A stretch of 64,000 bases of DNA. It comes from Acidimicrobiaceae bacterium (GTDB lineage Bacteria; Actinomycetota; Acidimicrobiia; Acidimicrobiales; Ilumatobacteraceae). Below are positions 46,634 to 55,635 of the stretch, one piece after another; within the stretch, counting starts at the first letter, position 1, and each line of letters begins with the position of its first letter. A model generated the notes under the pieces. The model saw only the letters and a program-made list of their open reading frames with translations, was not told where the DNA came from and searched no databases. Where the stretch lies: contig CANIHL010000001.1 in assembly GCA_947467375.1 (NCBI GenBank), forward strand, positions 26,610-90,609. The letters are read 5' to 3'. Made by a program: the position numbers and the translations under genes.

Positions 46634-48357
46634 GAAGCTTTCCGATCTATCTCAAACGACATCATTAAATTCTTATATGGCGTACTAGTCAGCATGAGCT
46701 CATCATGTGTCGAGAGATCATGCACTACGCCAGAGTGAATGAACAAGACATAGTCGGCAATCTTTATCGTGGTCGGTCGAGATGCAACGATGATGGTCGT
46801 CGTAGTTTCTGACTGCGAGGCAAGACGATCAATCACTATTGATTCAGTCGTCGGATCGAGGGCGCTAGTTGTGTCATCCAACAGCAACGTCTGCCGTCCG
46901 CTGGCAATTGCCCGCGCAAGTGCGATTCGCTGCCGCTGTCCTCCGCTCAAACTGATGCCACGTTCGCCGACGATGGTGTCGATGCCATTATCAAGTTCTG
47001 ACACGAATTCTTCGCTTACTGATGCCCAAAGGGCACGGGCAATATCTGTTATCGGCAGTGACTTACCGAGTGTCAGATTGAACTGCAAGGAACCCGAGAA
47101 CAAAAACGGTTCCTGAAACACAAGCGCTGATCCGCCTTCAGTGACATGTACTGAGCCCGTCCGTGCATTGATCAATCCTGCGATCATCTTGAGAAGGGTT
47201 GACTTCCCTGAACCCGTTTCACCCACTACCGCAACAATCGAGCCAACAGGAATCGTGAAGGTGACATCCGTGAATATGGGTTCAGAATCGTCTGCGTACG
47301 AGAAGCTCGCACTTCTTACCTCAACAGCAGATTTGGAGCCCACAGGCAACAGGTTGACTGTTGGCTGAGGCTCTAAGGGTTCATCCAGGATCTCCCTCAC
47401 GCGCTTAAAACCACTGGATGAATGTGGTATTTCGCTGAGTAAGTAACCGATGATGCGAAGAGGAAATACCAGCAACGTGAACAGATAGATGAAACTTGAC
47501 AACTCACCGATGGTGAGGGACCCACTGCGCACTCGAACTGCACCGTAAGCAATTAAGGACACGTTGACCAGTGAAGGCGTGCCGTCAACCAAGGCTTCAA
47601 ATATCGCTCGTGCATTAACAGCACGAATTCGAGCATCCTTCAGTTTCGATGAAATGGTTGCTAGTCGCACATGCTCACGATCTTCCGCACCAAAGGCCTT
47701 CACCACCATCACACCATCAAAACTCTCGTGAACTGCTTCGGACAAGTCCCCCAAAGCCTTTTGAGCGGAATCGAAATGACGATCAATACGACGCTGGTAT
47801 CCGAGGTTTAAACCAAAGAGCAGCGGAATGACAGTGACTGCCAACAGGCCAAGCGGCACATCAATGACCACTAACCAAATACTGGTCAAGCCAACAAGAA
47901 GCACTACAGAAGTGCTGAACGGCAAAGGCCCGAGCACTGATGCCGCCGTATCAGAGTCAACTCCGATGCGAGCAACGAGGTCTCCAGTCATATGACGCTG
48001 ATGCCACCTGGATGGTTGGCTCATGACGTGGCGAATGAGCTGTGTCGATAGCGACTCAGAGGTAGACCAGTGCGAGATTCCAGCATATGAACGACGAATA
48101 ACCACGCCTACCGCCCGCAAAAGGCCAATGCCTACAACAATGATTGAAGCGATCAAGAACGTGTGGCGATCGATCAAATTCAACTGATAGCGCGGAATGA
48201 TCACATGATCCACTACGTAACCAAGTCCAAAACTGGATGCAACGGTACAAACTGCGTAAACGGACGCTCCAGCAACAGCTATCAAAAATGGTTTTGGATG
48301 GAATTTCAGCAACTGACGTAGCAGCGATATTGCTAATCGGAGTCGAGACTGTTCCAC
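46630..48357 (-). CDS. ABC exporter, fused permease/ATPase (heterodimer partner 1)
   Basis: 575 aa with 6 TM, GETGSGKST, LSGGQRQ and LLLDDTTS. 4-nt overlap with its partner. Confidence 0.85.
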   Translation of the reverse strand: MEQSRLRLAISLLRQLLKFHPKPFLIAVAGASVYAVCTVASSFGLGYVVDHVIIPRYQLNLIDRHTFLIASIIVVGIGLLRAVGVVIRRSYAGISHWSTSESLSTQLIRHVMSQPSRWHQRHMTGDLVARIGVDSDTAASVLGPLPFSTSVVLLVGLTSIWLVVIDVPLGLLAVTVIPLLFGLNLGYQRRIDRHFDSAQKALGDLSEAVHESFDGVMVVKAFGAEDREHVRLATISSKLKDARIRAVNARAIFEALVDGTPSLVNVSLIAYGAVRVRSGSLTIGELSSFIYLFTLLVFPLRIIGYLLSEIPHSSSGFKRVREILDEPLEPQPTVNLLPVGSKSAVEVRSASFSYADDSEPIFTDVTFTIPVGSIVAVVGETGSGKSTLLKMIAGLINARTGSVHVTEGGSALVFQEPFLFSGSLQFNLTLGKSLPITDIARALWASVSEEFVSELDNGIDTIVGERGISLSGGQRQRIALARAIASGRQTLLLDDTTSALDPTTESIVIDRLASQSETTTTIIVASRPTTIKIADYVLFIHSGVVHDLSTHDELMLTSTPYKNLMMSFEIDRKAS

Positions 48358-48414
48358 TGGTGCAACTCTAGTTCGCTGACAATCATGCGAAAGAGAAAGT
48401 TAACAAGGGTGAAG

Positions 48415-48420
48415 TACTAT
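48415..48420 (+). promoter_or_regulatory. -10-like hexamer TACTAT, 7 nt before GTG 48428
   Basis: TANNNT + TCACGCT + GTG. Confidence 0.35.
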
Positions 48421-48427
48421 TCACGCT

Positions 48428-48985
48428 GTGACCTCCCCTGTTTCAAATGCACGCACGACTCGTCAAAAATTATCCCGACTAACGGCTCGCACTGTGATTG
48501 GAACCTGCATCATCGGTTTGCTCGCGATGTGGATTTATGCATTTGGATTTGCCTCAAAAGAGTCGGTGAATAAAATTTCGGATCTGGCGTGGACAGCTCG
48601 TGCGGAAGATATTTGCAGTCAAGCAATGACACAAAGACTCGCGCTAGCCGACCTTCGGCAAATATCAGATGCGGGCGCCAATGCGTTAGCCGAGCGAGCA
48701 GCACTGGTCGATAAAGCGACCGACACGCTTGAGAACGCCATTAACGCGATATCGGCAGTCGAACCAACCGACCCTAAAGGTAAGGCAATTGTGCCCCTGT
48801 GGATAGCTGACTACAAGCAGTTGATTAGAGACCGCCGGGAGTACGCAAATCAATTGCGAACAGGAATCAATAAATCGTTTGCTGAGTCCATGTTTGAAGG
48901 TTTACCGATAAGCGAAAAAATATCTACGTTCGCTGCTGATAATCGGATGTCCTCCTGCAAAGTTCCAATGGACTTATCTATCTAA
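48428..48985 (+). CDS. Membrane-anchored hypothetical protein
   Basis: 185 aa with a single N-terminal TM segment (VIGTCIIGLLAMWIYAFGF) and a helical ectodomain. No family recognised. Confidence 0.5.
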   Translation: MTSPVSNARTTRQKLSRLTARTVIGTCIIGLLAMWIYAFGFASKESVNKISDLAWTARAEDICSQAMTQRLALADLRQISDAGANALAERAALVDKATDTLENAINAISAVEPTDPKGKAIVPLWIADYKQLIRDRREYANQLRTGINKSFAESMFEGLPISEKISTFAADNRMSSCKVPMDLSI

Positions 48986-49619
48986 ATTCGTCAGCTGGTA
49001 CCCAACCACTTGCTTCCGAATAGCGCTTGACGACGCGCGCAGGTGAACCAACAGCAACGCAATAGTCGGGCACATCACCATTGACAACTGAATTTGCACC
49101 AATTGCGACATGCTTACCAATGTGCGCCCCTGGTAGGATCACACTTCCAGCACCGATCCAGGACCCTTCACCAATGATCACCATCTTCTCGGGCTGAGTC
49201 TGCATCGAGATAGGGACATCAACTCGCTCGTATCCGTGATTCTGATCGGTGATGTACACATGGTGTCCTGTCCATACGTCATCGCCAATGTCTATTCCCA
49301 AGTGACCAACAATTCCGCTACCACGCCCGATAAGACATCGATCGCCTATTCGAACCACGGGATTCGTCAGGCAAACCTGTCCCGGAACCATTCCCGCCGA
49401 TAGCGCAACATGTGTTCCGATCATGGTGTTGTCACCTATATGTATGTATTGCTCATTAAAAATGGTTGTTTGCGGAAAACAAATAATGCTGTTCTTCCCG
49501 AATGCTCCAAATCGCTTCCCCCTCACTGTTTCAGGACCTATTGACCCATGAAGCGAAAGCCAATCCCAAATAGCGTGCGTGACCCGCTCCTTTAACCGCA
49601 GGGTCAATGCAGAAATCAT
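48978..49619 (-). CDS. Hexapeptide-repeat (LbH) acyl/acetyltransferase
   Basis: Repeated [LIV]G.. hexapeptides (IGDNTMIGTHVAL..., IGDRCLIGRGSGI...). ATG 49619 is preferred over the TTG 49628 of the track because TAGATT lies 7 nt upstream. Confidence 0.75.
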   Translation of the reverse strand: MISALTLRLKERVTHAIWDWLSLHGSIGPETVRGKRFGAFGKNSIICFPQTTIFNEQYIHIGDNTMIGTHVALSAGMVPGQVCLTNPVVRIGDRCLIGRGSGIVGHLGIDIGDDVWTGHHVYITDQNHGYERVDVPISMQTQPEKMVIIGEGSWIGAGSVILPGAHIGKHVAIGANSVVNGDVPDYCVAVGSPARVVKRYSEASGWVPADEFR

Positions 49620-49626
49620 GATCTGC

Positions 49627-49632
49627 AATCTA
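49627..49632 (-). promoter_or_regulatory. -10-like hexamer TAGATT, 7 nt before ATG 49619
   Basis: TANNNT + GCAGATC + ATG on minus strand. Confidence 0.35.
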
Positions 49633-49637
49633 ATCGG

Positions 49638-49643
49638 TAGCCT
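49638..49643 (+). promoter_or_regulatory. -10-like hexamer TAGCCT, 6 nt before GTG 49650 (panB)
   Basis: TANNNT + GATTTC + GTG. Part of the 24-nt module shared with 52761-52784. Confidence 0.4.
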
Positions 49644-49649
49644 GATTTC

Positions 49650-50474
49650 GTGACTGAAGCGTTATCGCGACCTCGCATCACCGTGCCCATGGTGATGGCC
49701 AAAAAGGGTTCAGCGCAACCACTAACCATGATCACGGCCTACGACGCAACGTTTGCGCGCATTGTCGATGAGTCCGGGGTGGACATGATCCTCGTTGGAG
49801 ACTCAGTCGGATCCGTTGTGCAAGGAGTGGCAAACACCATTCCCGTCACCTTGGAAGAAATGGAATACCACGTGAAATTGGTGGCGCGTGCGAACCCTCG
49901 TGCGTTGATAGTTGGAGACCTCCCATTTGGTTCGTATCAAGTGCATACCGAACAGGCGGTACGAAGTGCAATCAGACTGGTGAAGGCGGGTGCTTCAGCG
50001 GTGAAGCTTGAAGGCGGCACCACAATGACCGACACCATTGCGGCAATTTCTCGTGTTGACATTCCCGTGATGGGCCATATCGGACTCACACCGCAGAGTT
50101 ACCACCGAATGGGTGGACACCGCGTTCAAGGACGTGTTGATGGACATGAGGCGGGCGGACGTGAACGCCTGCTCGAAGACGCTCAATCAGTCGAGCAATC
50201 AGGAGCTTTCGCCATCGTTATTGAAGGCGTTCCACGCGACCTTGCAAAGGAAATTACGAACACAGTATCCATTCCAACAATTGGCATCGGAGCTGGACCT
50301 GATTGCGATGGACAAGTGCTTGTACTCCATGACATCCTGGGACTCTCACAAAACACGCTCAAATTCACACGCAGGTATGCCGACGTTCGCTCGACAAGTA
50401 TCGATGCATGTAAGCAATTCGTTACTGATGTACGAAATGGGTCGTGGCCAGACGATGACCACTCTTTTCACTGA
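49650..50474 (+). CDS. panB: 3-methyl-2-oxobutanoate hydroxymethyltransferase
   Basis: 274 aa with MITAYDA, LVGDSVG, VKLEGG and GHIGLTPQS motifs. Confidence 0.9.
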   Translation: MTEALSRPRITVPMVMAKKGSAQPLTMITAYDATFARIVDESGVDMILVGDSVGSVVQGVANTIPVTLEEMEYHVKLVARANPRALIVGDLPFGSYQVHTEQAVRSAIRLVKAGASAVKLEGGTTMTDTIAAISRVDIPVMGHIGLTPQSYHRMGGHRVQGRVDGHEAGGRERLLEDAQSVEQSGAFAIVIEGVPRDLAKEITNTVSIPTIGIGAGPDCDGQVLVLHDILGLSQNTLKFTRRYADVRSTSIDACKQFVTDVRNGSWPDDDHSFH

Positions 50475-51303
50475 CATTCAACAATTCACCACGTGGCGGA
50501 ATGAGATTCCTAAGCATGACACCGTTGGTTTTGTCCCAACAATGGGGGCCCTCCACGGTGGCCATATCAGCCTCATGCAACGAGCTCGGTCTGAATGCGA
50601 TCACGTTGTAGTCAGCATCTACGTCAATGCACTGCAGTTCAATTCACTGAATGACTTCTCGAAGTACCCTCGCACCGAATCCGTTGATTTCGAACTGTGT
50701 GCACAAGTTGGCGTTGATTCCGTTTTAGTACCTCTTCAGTCCGACATGTTTATATCCGATTCACCCAACTTGCTGTCTCCATCTAAGGAGGCTGAAGCGT
50801 TCGAAGGCACAGATCGTCCTGGACATTTTTCGGGTGTGGTAACTGTCGTTGACCGACTGTTTGCGGTTGTTCAACCAACAGCTGCCTACTTCGGATTGAA
50901 GGATTACCAACAAGTCGCCGTGATCAGAAACATGGCAACCACGTTGCACCCTCGCATTGATATCCGCCCATGTGACACGATGCGCGAAACCGACGGTCTT
51001 GCCATGTCAAGCAGGAATCGGTTCCTCACGGAAACCGCTCGTGCAAGCGCTGGTCTTATTCCGCTGGCTCTGAGTACAGCAATCGCCCACTGGCGAAACG
51101 GTTGTCGTGATGCAAGCGAAGTAACGGCAATTGCACGTTCGATTTTTGACCGCGATGCTTCAATTGAACTTCAATATCTGTCCATCGTGAAAGATGGAAC
51201 GATGGATCAGGTGGAAGCCGTTAGCGAACGAGATTCCATCATTGCTGCTGTTGTCATTGACGGGATTCGTCTTATTGACAACATGCAATTTTCTAACGCT
51301 TGA
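50455..51303 (+). CDS. panC: Pantoate--beta-alanine ligase
   Basis: GFVPTMGALHGGHISL motif. Start set at in-frame ATG 50455 (MTTLFTD), overlapping the panB end by 20 nt. The track ORF's first 114 codons lie inside panB in another frame. Confidence 0.85.
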   Translation: MTTLFTDIQQFTTWRNEIPKHDTVGFVPTMGALHGGHISLMQRARSECDHVVVSIYVNALQFNSLNDFSKYPRTESVDFELCAQVGVDSVLVPLQSDMFISDSPNLLSPSKEAEAFEGTDRPGHFSGVVTVVDRLFAVVQPTAAYFGLKDYQQVAVIRNMATTLHPRIDIRPCDTMRETDGLAMSSRNRFLTETARASAGLIPLALSTAIAHWRNGCRDASEVTAIARSIFDRDASIELQYLSIVKDGTMDQVEAVSERDSIIAAVVIDGIRLIDNMQFSNA

Positions 51304-52780
51304 TCATTGAGTCGGTTTGTCTCACCCGATAGCGAATGGTGAAAATCGAGTCTCCGCTCAGAATCCCGCCTCGTGAAAATGTTCGGCCATTTTGCCAATT
51401 GGATAGCCCCAACTCTGGTTTGTGAAGTGCGTATTGCCCGTCGACCCAGCGAGTCATTCCATCGCCGAAAAATGGAGAATTGGACGTACGCCATGCCTCT
51501 TCCAATTCGTCTGCATCATCTGACATTACGGATAACACGAAAGAAGGCGAATACCGGTTGTACATGGCCACAGCAGAAACTAAATCATCAGCAACAACAA
51601 TTGATACCTCTGGATCGTTTTCCCACTCCCATTCCGTACCAATACATTCGTGTTCAATCATCTGTGTTGCACAGATTGATGGCACGTTGCACGATTTCAA
51701 AGCATTGATAGCTTGTTCGTCCACGTGCAACACCGCGTGCGCCTTTCGGTGCTGAGCTGCATCGCAAATGCCATCAATGATCGCCTGCAGTGAGTTGGAC
51801 AACGCATCACGCGTAATGACAATGGTGTTCAGCGTATTGCAAACTTTTCTATCCAGTGAAAATTGAACGACTCTACTCAAGCGTTCAAGATCTTCGGTTT
51901 CCGAAACAACCATCCACGCTCCGCCGGTTCCATGCAGGCTTGCAGGTATGCCATGTTGCTGAGCGATCTCGCCGAGTAACGCAACCGATGAACCACTACC
52001 CCTTGCTACGGCTAACGACAAACGGCGATCGGAAAATAAAGCCCACGCACACGCGTGAGTTTTTGAAGGCAACAGAACCACACACCCTGTTGGCAAGCCC
52101 GACTCCTCAAGACTCGGAATAACACAAAGCCGCATAATCGCTTCTGCCGTTTGGAAAGCATCACTTCCAATTCGAAAGACACAAACGTTGCGGCTACGTA
52201 GTACTCCGGTTGCATCGGCAAAAACATTGGGTCGTCCCTCAAAGACAAACCCAATCACTCCCAATGGTGCTGAATGAGACTCAATCGTCCAACCGTCATG
52301 CACGACCTCGTCTACTGGCGAATCAGATGTCGGCATCGACCCCCATAAACCCAGTGCTTCAATCATGTCCTGTTTCATCGAGTCGCTGAGTAGAAGCCGC
52401 GTTGTTGACCGTCCCAAAGCGTCTGCTGTAGCAACATCTTTATCGTTAACGACTCGGATCTGATTAAAAATGTCGACATCGAGGAGCCTTCTGGCGAAGG
52501 CTGCATAAAATTGTGATATCTGCTCGTCGTCAACACCACTCAGTGCCCCGAAAGAAATCAGCGCCTCGTCAATGCACGACTTCACCACTTCCGCCTCTGC
52601 TTGTGGAATGCGGAGCAAACCGCTCGATGGAGTTGCTACCAACCGATCCCCTTCGGAAAAGGTTTGTGAGATTTCCTCCCCAATGTCTACGAGACGGCCA
52701 TCAATTAGAACTTTGTCATGCGGGCTAATTTTCACGAGTGCTCCATACCCTCCCATCGTAGATCGGTAGTCTGATTTCAT
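51293..52780 (-). CDS. Divergent gamma-glutamyl-phosphate-reductase (ProA)-like aldehyde dehydrogenase with N-terminal extension
   Basis: PLGVIGFVFEGRPNVFADA, catalytic Cys context KVCNTLNTIVI and a ProA-like C-terminus. Start is uncertain (ATG 52780 or 52756; the track TTG 52861 is unlikely). Confidence 0.65.
   Translation of the reverse strand: MKSDYRSTMGGYGALVKISPHDKVLIDGRLVDIGEEISQTFSEGDRLVATPSSGLLRIPQAEAEVVKSCIDEALISFGALSGVDDEQISQFYAAFARRLLDVDIFNQIRVVNDKDVATADALGRSTTRLLLSDSMKQDMIEALGLWGSMPTSDSPVDEVVHDGWTIESHSAPLGVIGFVFEGRPNVFADATGVLRSRNVCVFRIGSDAFQTAEAIMRLCVIPSLEESGLPTGCVVLLPSKTHACAWALFSDRRLSLAVARGSGSSVALLGEIAQQHGIPASLHGTGGAWMVVSETEDLERLSRVVQFSLDRKVCNTLNTIVITRDALSNSLQAIIDGICDAAQHRKAHAVLHVDEQAINALKSCNVPSICATQMIEHECIGTEWEWENDPEVSIVVADDLVSAVAMYNRYSPSFVLSVMSDDADELEEAWRTSNSPFFGDGMTRWVDGQYALHKPELGLSNWQNGRTFSRGGILSGDSIFTIRYRVRQTDSMIKR
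52767..52772 (+). promoter_or_regulatory. -10-like hexamer TAGTCT, 6 nt before ATG 52779
   Basis: TANNNT + GATTTC + ATG. Lies inside the 5' coding region of the divergent ProA-like gene. Confidence 0.4.
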
Positions 52781-53489
52781 GAATGATCGCTTGTATTTTC
52801 GCCAGTTGTTGTCTGGCACGGATTTTGCGGTGCACGACCAAATGGCGCACCAAATGGTCAACTTCGTCTATCTGATTGGTGATACGCAAACACGTGAATG
52901 CATCATCGTCGACCCTGCTTACGCTGTAACCGAGATTGCAGAAATTGTTCAATCAGATGACATGAATCTGGTTGGTGCTCTCGGCACCCATTATCACCCC
53001 GACCATGTGGGCGGAAAAATGATGGGCTGGAATATCGAAGGCATATCCTCCTTGCTCGAATTGAACGAAATACCAATTCACATTCAAAAAAGCGAAGTTG
53101 AATGGGTGACAAAAACAACCGGCGTATCGTCAACGCATCTCACACCCCATGTAGGTGGCGATGTTGTTCATGTCGGTGAAATCGCGATCACATTGCTGCA
53201 CACGCCTGGTCACACACCCGGCAGCCAATGCTTCCTTGTAGATGGCAATTTGGTTTCCGGTGACACGCTGTTTCTCGAGGGTTGCGGACGAACAGATTTG
53301 CCCGGATCGAATCCTGATGACATGTACGACAGTTTGAACATGCTCGCTTCATTGCCAAGTGACACCATCGTTTACCCGGGCCATCGCTATTCAGATCCAG
53401 CATTTCTCGCCCTCGGCCAGGTTCGTGAATCTAATTACGTCTTTAAACCAACTTCAAAAGAAGGTTGGCTGCAGTGGTTTGGTCAGTAA
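52779..53489 (+). CDS. MBL-fold metallo-hydrolase (glyoxalase II-like)
   Basis: 236 aa with LYFRQLL...NFVYLIGD, THYHPDHVGG and HTPGHTPGS. Confidence 0.85.
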   Translation: MNDRLYFRQLLSGTDFAVHDQMAHQMVNFVYLIGDTQTRECIIVDPAYAVTEIAEIVQSDDMNLVGALGTHYHPDHVGGKMMGWNIEGISSLLELNEIPIHIQKSEVEWVTKTTGVSSTHLTPHVGGDVVHVGEIAITLLHTPGHTPGSQCFLVDGNLVSGDTLFLEGCGRTDLPGSNPDDMYDSLNMLASLPSDTIVYPGHRYSDPAFLALGQVRESNYVFKPTSKEGWLQWFGQ

Positions 53490-53499
53490 CCGTTATCAA

Positions 53500-54237
53500 T
53501 TACTGAAATAATCCCGAGTACACGCTATTCACGCCTGCAATAGCCAGCAGAACCAGAACCGCAATGCGGAACCTATCTGGATGAACACGGTTACGAACCA
53601 CTTTGCCAACTGTTACACCAGCAATCATTGAAGGCAAAACCGAAACAGCAAGCCAAAGATCAGCCATACCAATTTCGCCGAAGATTGAAAACAGCAGCAG
53701 ACCGTAAAGACCACTGATGAGAAAAATCATATTCAATGTTGAACGAAACACATGCGGTTCACTTTTTCTTGCCTGAAGTGCAAAAACTAATGGTGGACCA
53801 TTTGTCGATGTTGATGTTAAGAGAAATCCACTTACTATTCCCATGATCCAATCAAGGCTGATGTGTGTTTCGCTGAGATCCCTTCCCCGCATAAGCAAAA
53901 TCACACCGAGAAGAACACCAACCCCCAGGAACACTTTCAGAACATGTTGATCTGCATAGATAAATGCGACTAATCCAAACGGTGCTCCAAAAAATGAAGC
54001 CCATAAGAATCGCTTAACTTGATCTTTATCTTGGTCATGCCGAAGATCACGATATTGGTAAACATTATTTGCAGTACCAATAAGCGAAGCCAAAATGACT
54101 GCCCGATGCAAACCAATAACCTGCATCATGATTGGCACAGACAGCAGCGCGAATCCGAAGCCAACGACCGACTGCGTGAAGGCGGTAGCCAGGACGATTA
54201 ATGCCACGCCGACAAAAGCTGCGATCGATACGTCCAT
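53500..54237 (-). CDS. TauE/SafE family sulfite/anion exporter
   Basis: Multi-TM with internally duplicated 4-TM halves. Start set at ATG 54237, sharing 1 nt with the upstream stop. Confidence 0.75.
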   Translation of the reverse strand: MDVSIAAFVGVALIVLATAFTQSVVGFGFALLSVPIMMQVIGLHRAVILASLIGTANNVYQYRDLRHDQDKDQVKRFLWASFFGAPFGLVAFIYADQHVLKVFLGVGVLLGVILLMRGRDLSETHISLDWIMGIVSGFLLTSTSTNGPPLVFALQARKSEPHVFRSTLNMIFLISGLYGLLLFSIFGEIGMADLWLAVSVLPSMIAGVTVGKVVRNRVHPDRFRIAVLVLLAIAGVNSVYSGLFQ

Positions 54238-55583
54238 CACGACATGATCTCTTCCAAACATTGAGTAAACACTGACGTGTGTAAATCCACATCTTCTTCG
54301 GTGTGAAATGGCGTCATAAGCGCCATATTGTGAAATGGTGTGAGCAGGATTCCACGATTCAGTGCATACAAATGCATGTATGACTCCAACCCGTCATTCA
54401 CTGTCGCTGCCGCTTGTGCCCCATTCTGCGGATGGTCTGCAAACCAATATTCAGCTCTACAGCCCAGTTGCTGAACCGTCCATGGAAGTTCGTGGTGAGT
54501 AATTGCTGCTTGTACACCTTCACTCCAACGTGTAGCGAGAGGAATCGCAATATCGAAATCCTCTTGCCTTAGCGCGTGAGTGAGTGTCGCCCGAATTGCT
54601 GCACCGGCTAGAGCACTTCCGCTCAATGTACCTCCGATGCCCGAGACGTCAAGGTCATGGCCATGCATGAGGTTTTCTACCCGACGTGAAATGTCAGCAG
54701 ACATTCCATAGGCAGCAACTGGAATTCCACCGCCAATGGTTTTACCGATTACCAACATGTCGGCGTCAATTCCCCACAGCCGCGATGCTCCTTGCGGACC
54801 TGCGCATATGGTGTGCGTTTCATCGAGAATGAGAATCACGCCGTATTTTCGTGTGAGTTGTCGAACGCCTTCTAGGTAGCCACTTTGCGGCAACACAATT
54901 CCGATGTTTGTTAATGCTGGTTCCATGAGCACACATGCAACCTCTCCGCCAGCAAGTGCTTGCTCCATGGCTGCAAGATCGTTGTACGGCACCGCAATTG
55001 TCGTGAGCCCTGGCTGCACCTGGGGACCAATTGCTCCAGGACGGCTTACCGTCTTGCCGTCCTCATCCAGAATGACAAGCGTTTCGTCAACGGTTCCGTG
55101 ATAGCACCAGTCATTCACCACAATCTTCGGCTTGCCGGTGAGTTGCCGCGCAATCCGCAAACTAAAACGGTTGGCATCAGTTGCACTCAAGCAAAATTGC
55201 CATTTATCCATTCCGAATCGTTCCGACAGATGATCGGCCACCCAAGCGATATCCGTAGACGGCAACATGGTGGTAAATCCCCGTTGCGCTTGTGTCGATA
55301 TTGCGTGAGAAATTGGAGCATTCGCATGACCAGTCATGGAACCGGTGTCGCCTAAGCAAAAATCGACATACTCATGGTCATCGATGTCGACGATGGTTCC
55401 GCCTCTAGCCCTTTCGGCGATGATGGGAAACGGTCCTGCCCAGCGCTTCATCCATGGCATGGGAACTCCCGCCACGAGCGAGTTCTTCAACCGTGTGGCT
55501 TCGTGCTGCGATTTCGGGTGTTCCTGCACAAATCTGTTCACCTCGATACTCATCAATTGTGAAATCCGTGAATCAGCGATCAT
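54237..55583 (-). CDS. Class III (HemL/GSA-like) PLP aminotransferase
   Basis: 448 aa with ILDETHT and the PLP-Lys context VIGKTIGGGIPVAAYG. Confidence 0.8.
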   Translation of the reverse strand: MIADSRISQLMSIEVNRFVQEHPKSQHEATRLKNSLVAGVPMPWMKRWAGPFPIIAERARGGTIVDIDDHEYVDFCLGDTGSMTGHANAPISHAISTQAQRGFTTMLPSTDIAWVADHLSERFGMDKWQFCLSATDANRFSLRIARQLTGKPKIVVNDWCYHGTVDETLVILDEDGKTVSRPGAIGPQVQPGLTTIAVPYNDLAAMEQALAGGEVACVLMEPALTNIGIVLPQSGYLEGVRQLTRKYGVILILDETHTICAGPQGASRLWGIDADMLVIGKTIGGGIPVAAYGMSADISRRVENLMHGHDLDVSGIGGTLSGSALAGAAIRATLTHALRQEDFDIAIPLATRWSEGVQAAITHHELPWTVQQLGCRAEYWFADHPQNGAQAAATVNDGLESYMHLYALNRGILLTPFHNMALMTPFHTEEDVDLHTSVFTQCLEEIMS

Positions 55584-55623
55584 TGACCCATTCTTATAGA
55601 TCCTTGCGATGACTTGTTGCTTC

Positions 55624-55629
55624 TACACT
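55624..55629 (+). promoter_or_regulatory. -10-like hexamer TACACT, 6 nt before ATG 55636 (first gene of hydroxylase operon)
   Basis: TANNNT + GGCAAC + ATG. Confidence 0.4.
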
Positions 55630-55635
55630 GGCAAC

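Noticed and set aside
50113-50454. 114-codon N-terminal extension of the panC ORF
   Set aside because: It lies entirely inside panB in another frame. PanC homology starts at MTTLFTD (50455).
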